The notes below the pieces were generated by a model, which was given only the letters and a program-made list of their open reading frames with translations, did no database searches and had not been told where the DNA came from. Both the position numbers and the translations under genes were made by a program. Shown here in pieces: positions 58,987 through 64,000 of a stretch of 64,000 bases of DNA. Origin of the DNA: a virus (taxonomy: Duplodnaviria; Caudoviricetes); IMG/VR virus record IMGVR_UViG_3300014204_000120, positions 1 through 64,000 of that record. One strand, written 5' to 3'. Numbering within the stretch: position 1 is the first letter of the stretch; each line of letters starts with the position of its first letter.

Positions 58987-59478
58987 ATGTTAGGTTATCA
59001 AAAATATCTTACAGAGATAGGTAAAGTTCAAGGTGTTTTTTTAACAACGCCTGAAGATTTGAATTCAGATTATATTAAAGTTATAGCTGATAGTGAGTTT
59101 GAAAAGGATATATCAGATAAAGATGCAGAAGAAATATTACAAAATGTGTTAAATAATCAAAAAGAATATAAATTACTTACTAAATCAATTGGTAATAATG
59201 TTTATCCTTTATATGATGAAATAATTAGAAAGGAAATTCAAAAGAAATATAATATAAAAAACAATATAAAAAATCAAGTTATGAGGCATTTAAGCGATGT
59301 GTTTAATGCATCTAATTGGCGTGAAGAAGCGGAAAAGGCTATTTATTGGTTTTTAAAGGATAATACCGGAAAGTATCAATATAATTCAGTATATGAACCA
59401 GATAATTCAAAACATAGTATAAGTGATGAAAGTCAATTAGCTAACGATATGTATGATGAAATAGGAACAGATTTTTAA
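58987..59478 (+). CDS. Putative internal protein
   Basis: MLGYQKYLTE start; late promoter 58959. Confidence 0.6.
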   Translation: MLGYQKYLTEIGKVQGVFLTTPEDLNSDYIKVIADSEFEKDISDKDAEEILQNVLNNQKEYKLLTKSIGNNVYPLYDEIIRKEIQKKYNIKNNIKNQVMRHLSDVFNASNWREEAEKAIYWFLKDNTGKYQYNSVYEPDNSKHSISDESQLANDMYDEIGTDF

Positions 59479-59489
59479 AGGAGAAAAAT

Positions 59490-59744
59490 ATGCCATTTCA
59501 TGAATTTGTAAAAGATGTTCAAAATGATTTTAATCAAGAAGCTATTCAAAATGCAAGTAAAGCTTTAGAATTGTTACAAAAAGCCAGTAGTTATTTAGGT
59601 GATGCAGCTTCAGCATGGGAAAATGCAGGTAATCAAACTGGTGATTTTATTCATTTTAAACAATTAGTAGATGAAATTATAATAACAGATAATGGAGAAG
59701 CCGGTTTAAAACCATTTGTAGCATCGTTTAAACAAGGAAAATAA
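59490..59744 (+). CDS. Putative internal protein, paralogue of the next gene
   Basis: MPFHEFVKD; A..LLQ.AS..L..A...W...DE.I....GEAGLK. Confidence 0.65.
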   Translation: MPFHEFVKDVQNDFNQEAIQNASKALELLQKASSYLGDAASAWENAGNQTGDFIHFKQLVDEIIITDNGEAGLKPFVASFKQGK

Positions 59745-59745
59745 T

Positions 59746-59997
59746 ATGTCATTTCATAATTTTATAGTAGAAAAGTCAGAAGCCGGTAATGCTTTTAAAA
59801 TAGCTAAAGAAGCAATGTTATTATTACAAGAAGCTTCAGCTAAATTAGAATCAGCAGATATGGTATGGAAACAATCATTTGATGAATCTAGTATTTTTGA
59901 ACAGTATCAAAAAAGAATAGATGAAATGATATCTTCTAATCATGGTGAAGCAGGACTAAAAGCTGATATAGAAAACTTTTATAAAATGGAGTTCTAA
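59746..59997 (+). CDS. Putative internal protein, paralogue of the previous gene
   Basis: MSFHNFIVE; same motif as 59490. Confidence 0.65.
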   Translation: MSFHNFIVEKSEAGNAFKIAKEAMLLLQEASAKLESADMVWKQSFDESSIFEQYQKRIDEMISSNHGEAGLKADIENFYKMEF

Positions 59998-59999
59998 TA

Positions 60000-60344
60000 A
60001 TGAGCTTTCAAGATTATTTAAAAAATATGGAAAACAAAGATAGAATTTTTAAAGTTAAAGATAGTTTTCCTGTATGGATTAATACTGGTGAAGTTAAAAA
60101 ATCAAATTATTATTATGGAAATACACAGATAATTTTGCCAGTTTTTGAAAAATATATAACAATGCCAGATGATGAAATACATATAAAACATGGAACCGGC
60201 TATATAATTAAAGGTGATGATCCTAGAAGTACGTTAATGGCTGTTTCATTAATTGAGCCTAAAAGTCCATTTGAAAAAGAATATAGATCACAATATATTA
60301 TGGATCAATTACCTGATGAAAAATATATTGAAGAAATAAAGTAA
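60000..60344 (+). CDS. Putative internal protein
   Basis: MSFQDYLKNME start. Confidence 0.6.
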   Translation: MSFQDYLKNMENKDRIFKVKDSFPVWINTGEVKKSNYYYGNTQIILPVFEKYITMPDDEIHIKHGTGYIIKGDDPRSTLMAVSLIEPKSPFEKEYRSQYIMDQLPDEKYIEEIK

Positions 60345-60361
60345 TTTTAAAGGAGAAAACA

Positions 60362-61309
60362 ATGTCATTTACACAATATTTGAAAGAATCTAGTCCTGGT
60401 CAAATTATGGTAAAGCAAGCAGAAAGTAAAAGAAAACAGATATATAAAAAGTATATGGTACAAGGTAATTCGTTTTCTCCTGTTGGTGAAATAGTTACTG
60501 AAAAAGTATTACCAGCCGGAATATATAGAATTCAAAATAGTATGGAAGGTATATTTTTTGAAATTCATGATGTTAATACTGATGATATTTTGAGATTTGA
60601 AGATAGTAGATATAATAGTATTTTACAAGAAATAGATAATTTTTGGAATTTAAAAGCAGACTTTACAAAATATGGGTTTACACATAAAAGAGGAGTCTTA
60701 CTTTTCGGGGAACCAGGTTCTGGAAAGAGTGCGTTGCTTAAGTTAGCTATGGCAGAAACTGTTGAAAAGAATAATATAGTACTTATTACAAAGGATGCGC
60801 ATACTTTAGTTAGTGGATTACGTGCATTACGTGAAGTTGAAAAAGAACGTAAAGTATTATGTATTATTGAAGATATAGATGAAATAATTAATTATGGTGG
60901 AGAACACGCTATTTTAGAGTTGTTTGATGGAGATTCACAGACAGATAACGTATTATTTTTAGCAACTACAAATTATATTCAAAAATTACCACCAAGAATA
61001 CTTAGAGCTTCACGTTTTGATAGAAAGATTAAAATAGATAATCCACCAACTGAAGGTAGATATGCGTATTTAAAAGCTAAGCTTAAAGAGAATATAGAGG
61101 ATGCTAAGATTCACGAGTTAGCAGAAAAGACAAAAGGATTATCTTTTGCACAATTAAGGGAGTTTGTTATATCTACATTTTGTTTAAAGCATGATGCTGA
61201 TAAGGTTATAGATAGGTTAAAAAATCATTTAGAGTCTAATTTATCAGAAGGCGATGAGTTTAAGAGATTTTTAGGTTCAAAAATGTTAGATGAAGGATTA
61301 AAGTTATAA
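60362..61309 (+). CDS. AAA+ ATPase with capsid-targeting-like N-terminus
   Basis: RGVLLFGEPGSGKS, IIEDID, ATTNY, RASRFDR; starts MSFTQYLKE. Confidence 0.9.
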   Translation: MSFTQYLKESSPGQIMVKQAESKRKQIYKKYMVQGNSFSPVGEIVTEKVLPAGIYRIQNSMEGIFFEIHDVNTDDILRFEDSRYNSILQEIDNFWNLKADFTKYGFTHKRGVLLFGEPGSGKSALLKLAMAETVEKNNIVLITKDAHTLVSGLRALREVEKERKVLCIIEDIDEIINYGGEHAILELFDGDSQTDNVLFLATTNYIQKLPPRILRASRFDRKIKIDNPPTEGRYAYLKAKLKENIEDAKIHELAEKTKGLSFAQLREFVISTFCLKHDADKVIDRLKNHLESNLSEGDEFKRFLGSKMLDEGLKL

Positions 61310-61695
61310 TGAAATTTAATGATTATTATTATCAGGATCCATTAGAGTTTGTATCTATGGTGAACGATATGTTAAAGGAAGACATAGAGTTCACGTCTTC
61401 ATTGGATCCTATTTTTATAGCACGATTATCTAATTACCTTGAAAAACGATTTCCTTCATTTGGTGATTTTAATACAGCTATAGGTCTTGAGTTGCGTAAG
61501 TATATGAGTGGCGATAACAATCAAATTAAGAAGATGCAACGTAAAATTCATAATGTAATAAATAAAGCTAAAGAAAAGTTTTTACATAGCATAGAAGATA
61601 AATGTAATAAAATAAGAGCTGTTCCGACTGATAATATAACTGATACGCCACCAGTTACCATTGAGGAACCTATACAAAATGATCAGCTTTCTTAA
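61309..61695 (+). CDS. Hypothetical protein
   Basis: Coupled ORF starting MKFNDYY. Confidence 0.6.
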   Translation: MKFNDYYYQDPLEFVSMVNDMLKEDIEFTSSLDPIFIARLSNYLEKRFPSFGDFNTAIGLELRKYMSGDNNQIKKMQRKIHNVINKAKEKFLHSIEDKCNKIRAVPTDNITDTPPVTIEEPIQNDQLS

Positions 61696-62083
61696 TTACT
61701 ATGAATTAGACAAACCAACAAGAATTGAAATCGATCAAATTAATAATCTAAAGGACGATAAACTTTTCGTGTTAGTTTGTGGAGATAGTAATAAAGCAAC
61801 AGTCAGCGAGAAGTTTATACAACTTTCTGCTATTAATGCAGAAACCAATCAAATAAACGAAGAAATACAATCAGTTTTAAAAGGTAAAGAATCAATAATA
61901 CTAATTGAAAATAATGATATTGAAATAATAAAAGAAAGGTTATTATCCGCAAAAAAGAATTTTTTCACCACGATATACGTTTTAGTTGAAGCTATACAAT
62001 CCAAGCAAGATAATAAGATTATTTTAAATGAATTAATACAAAATAATACTTTAGTAGATTTCTATGTTTATTTGAAACGATAA
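61679..62083 (+). CDS. Hypothetical protein
   Basis: ATG 61679 after GAGGA; starts MISFLNYYE. Confidence 0.55.
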   Translation: MISFLNYYELDKPTRIEIDQINNLKDDKLFVLVCGDSNKATVSEKFIQLSAINAETNQINEEIQSVLKGKESIILIENNDIEIIKERLLSAKKNFFTTIYVLVEAIQSKQDNKIILNELIQNNTLVDFYVYLKR

Positions 62084-62086
62084 ATA

Positions 62087-62115
62087 TTGACATTCACTAT
62101 AGAAAATGTTATTTT
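62087..62115 (+). promoter_or_regulatory. sigma70-type promoter for the glycosyltransferase operon
   Basis: TTGACA-17 nt-(TG)nTATTTT. Confidence 0.55.
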
Positions 62116-62137
62116 TGAATTGAAAGGATTTTATATA

Positions 62138-62938
62138 ATGATCAAAATTATAAGTGGTTGGTCAAACATAGGTGGTTCAACAATAGCTTTTATTAATTTA
62201 ACCAATGCTTTAAACGAAGCCGGTTATGAAGCTATGTTTTATGGACCACATCTATGGCACTTAAATCAATGTAAATCTGCACAATATAATCGTGGAAATA
62301 AGTTATCAGTTAATAAAGATGATACTTTAATAATTCATTTTATAAATTCCTTTAATAGTAGACCGCCTGTTAAAGGATTTTTCTTTTCTAGTCACGAGCA
62401 AGATATTTTTCCAATAAAGAACATTAATTATTCTATTTATGATAAGATACATTTCGTTAGTGAACATCAAAAACAGTATCATTTAGTAGAACATCCTTAT
62501 TTTATCATTCCAAATATATTAAATGATTTGAAACCTAATACTAAATCTAATAAGAAAATTGGCGGGATTATAGGTTCAATTGATAGAAATAAAAGGGTCG
62601 ATGAATCTATTAAAAGGGCTTTAGCAGACGGATGTGAACAAGTTTTAATTTATGGTGTTTTATCAGATCCTTGGTGTTGGCAAACTCAGATAGCTCCTTT
62701 AATCGATGGTAATAAAGTTATATATAAAGGAATTGAAGACGATAAACAAAAAATGTATGATTCTGTAACAGACGTTTATCATTCATCTATACTAGAAACG
62801 TGGGGTTATATTAAAGGAGAATGTAAATTAACAGGTACTAATTTTCACGGTAATAATTCAACTAACGGATACTGGGAACTAAGTAAAGACGAAATTGTTA
62901 AAAAATGGATAAAGGAATTAGAATATGATACAAAATAA
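62138..62938 (+). CDS. Glycosyltransferase, GT-B (GT4-like)
   Basis: GGST.A...L...L...GYE, FVSEHQK, IIPN, GSI...K, HSS..ETWG; ATG 62138 after AAAGGA. Confidence 0.75.
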   Translation: MIKIISGWSNIGGSTIAFINLTNALNEAGYEAMFYGPHLWHLNQCKSAQYNRGNKLSVNKDDTLIIHFINSFNSRPPVKGFFFSSHEQDIFPIKNINYSIYDKIHFVSEHQKQYHLVEHPYFIIPNILNDLKPNTKSNKKIGGIIGSIDRNKRVDESIKRALADGCEQVLIYGVLSDPWCWQTQIAPLIDGNKVIYKGIEDDKQKMYDSVTDVYHSSILETWGYIKGECKLTGTNFHGNNSTNGYWELSKDEIVKKWIKELEYDTK

Positions 62939-63689
62939 TTTTAAAATAATTATACCTTCATATAATACTGCGCCGTGGATCCAAAAATGTATATGGTCAT
63001 TGCATAATCAAGCATATACTAATTGGAAATCTGTTATAATAGATGATGCTTCAACTGATAAAACATTAGAATATATTTTAAGTTTTATGAAAGATATTCC
63101 AGAGGCAGACAATTATAAAAGAAAGCAATATAGATTATTACAGAGAAATGTTAATGTTGGTGCTTTAGAAAATATAGTATATGGTATTAACTTAATATGT
63201 GATAATGATGAAGATATAATAGTTTTGTTAGATGGAGATGATTCATTATCTGCGCATGATGTATTAGAATATTTAAATGAAGTTTATCAAAATCAAAATA
63301 TATGGCTGACTTATGGTCAGTATATTCATATGTCTGATAATAAAACTCGTGGTATGAATAAACCTTTAACAATGAGTACTAGAGAATATAGAGATGGTAA
63401 AGAATATTGGTGTACATCTCATTTAAGAACATTTAAATATAAGGTATGGAAACAGTTAAAAGATGTTGATTTAAGAATGTCAAATGGAAAGTATTATCCT
63501 ATGGCGTGGGATTTAGCTATAATGTATCCTTTAGTTGAAATGTGTGGTAATAGAAGAATTCAGTTTATTAATAAGATAATGTATATTTATAATGATACGA
63601 ATCCTATAAGTGATGGTAAAAAAAATCCAATATATCAAATTAGTTTAGCCAGAGAAATTAAAAACAAACCAAAATATCCAGAATTATGA
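62925..63689 (+). CDS. Glycosyltransferase family 2
   Basis: IIIPSYN....I.KC..S..NQ...W..VIIDDASTD and LLDGDD. Confidence 0.9.
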   Translation: MIQNNFKIIIPSYNTAPWIQKCIWSLHNQAYTNWKSVIIDDASTDKTLEYILSFMKDIPEADNYKRKQYRLLQRNVNVGALENIVYGINLICDNDEDIIVLLDGDDSLSAHDVLEYLNEVYQNQNIWLTYGQYIHMSDNKTRGMNKPLTMSTREYRDGKEYWCTSHLRTFKYKVWKQLKDVDLRMSNGKYYPMAWDLAIMYPLVEMCGNRRIQFINKIMYIYNDTNPISDGKKNPIYQISLAREIKNKPKYPEL

Positions 63690-64000
63690 AAGTAGTAATT
63701 AATCGTACTGGTAAACCATTAAGATTTACTGAGTATAAGAAAGAAATACCGTGGGATGGTAAGCGATATATAGTTCCTGATAATATTGCTGAAAAATATC
63801 GAGGTTATTTAGAAGTTATTGATATTGATAAATCAAATGAAATAGATGGTTTAAAACATGAAATTAGAGAAGCTACTAAAAAATTAGGTATATTAACAGA
63901 CGAAAATAAAAACAAACAACATTTATTTGATAATTTAAAGAAGAATATTGTTGTACCTAAAATAGATTTTTTATATTCGTTTCATTTTAATGAAGATCAA
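63686..64000 (+). CDS. ORF truncated by the window end
   Basis: ATGA overlap with the GT2 stop; open to position 64000 (MKVVINRTGKP...). Confidence 0.65.
   Translation, partial: MKVVINRTGKPLRFTEYKKEIPWDGKRYIVPDNIAEKYRGYLEVIDIDKSNEIDGLKHEIREATKKLGILTDENKNKQHLFDNLKKNIVVPKIDFLYSFHFNEDQ

Noticed and set aside
1-64000. Stop-codon reassignment as in some large phages
   Set aside because: Core genes are full length in code 11, and TAA, TGA and TAG all appear as stops
1-64000. tRNA, rRNA or group I/II introns
   Set aside because: Intergenic gaps are short, no cloverleaf was seen, and no core gene is split at the DNA level; the terL insertions are inteins

Overview
AT-rich window from a large T4-like (gp23/gp20/gp17/gp18-type) myophage, read in standard code 11 and almost entirely on the + strand. 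It holds the morphogenesis region: portal, prohead protease, scaffold, major capsid, neck, tail terminator, terminase with two inteins, sheath, tube, baseplate and tail fibres, plus regA, under many T4-style late promoters (TATAAATA). Inserted in it are four large free-standing homing-endonuclease-like genes, a small HNH gene, an IS605-type TnpB, and a minus-strand island with a compact Cas12f-like nuclease, a structured intergenic RNA and a 6-repeat CRISPR array of type I-E geometry (29+32 bp). Less obvious signals: (1) an orphan second copy of the TnpB omega-RNA scaffold about 35 kb from tnpB, with compensatory changes and a different putative guide; (2) a covarying 3-way-junction/kissing-loop RNA leader that covers the RBS of two unrelated endonuclease genes; (3) about 15 unrelated genes sharing a T4-internal-protein-like N-terminal capsid-targeting peptide, including ART-like, AAA+ and isochorismatase-like cargo; (4) a strong x-Ser-(Ala/Gly) enrichment in outer virion proteins, with glycosyltransferase, Maf-like/methyltransferase and radical-SAM genes embedded among them, suggesting a virion glycosylation system. 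All family assignments come from motif recognition by eye; no searches were run.
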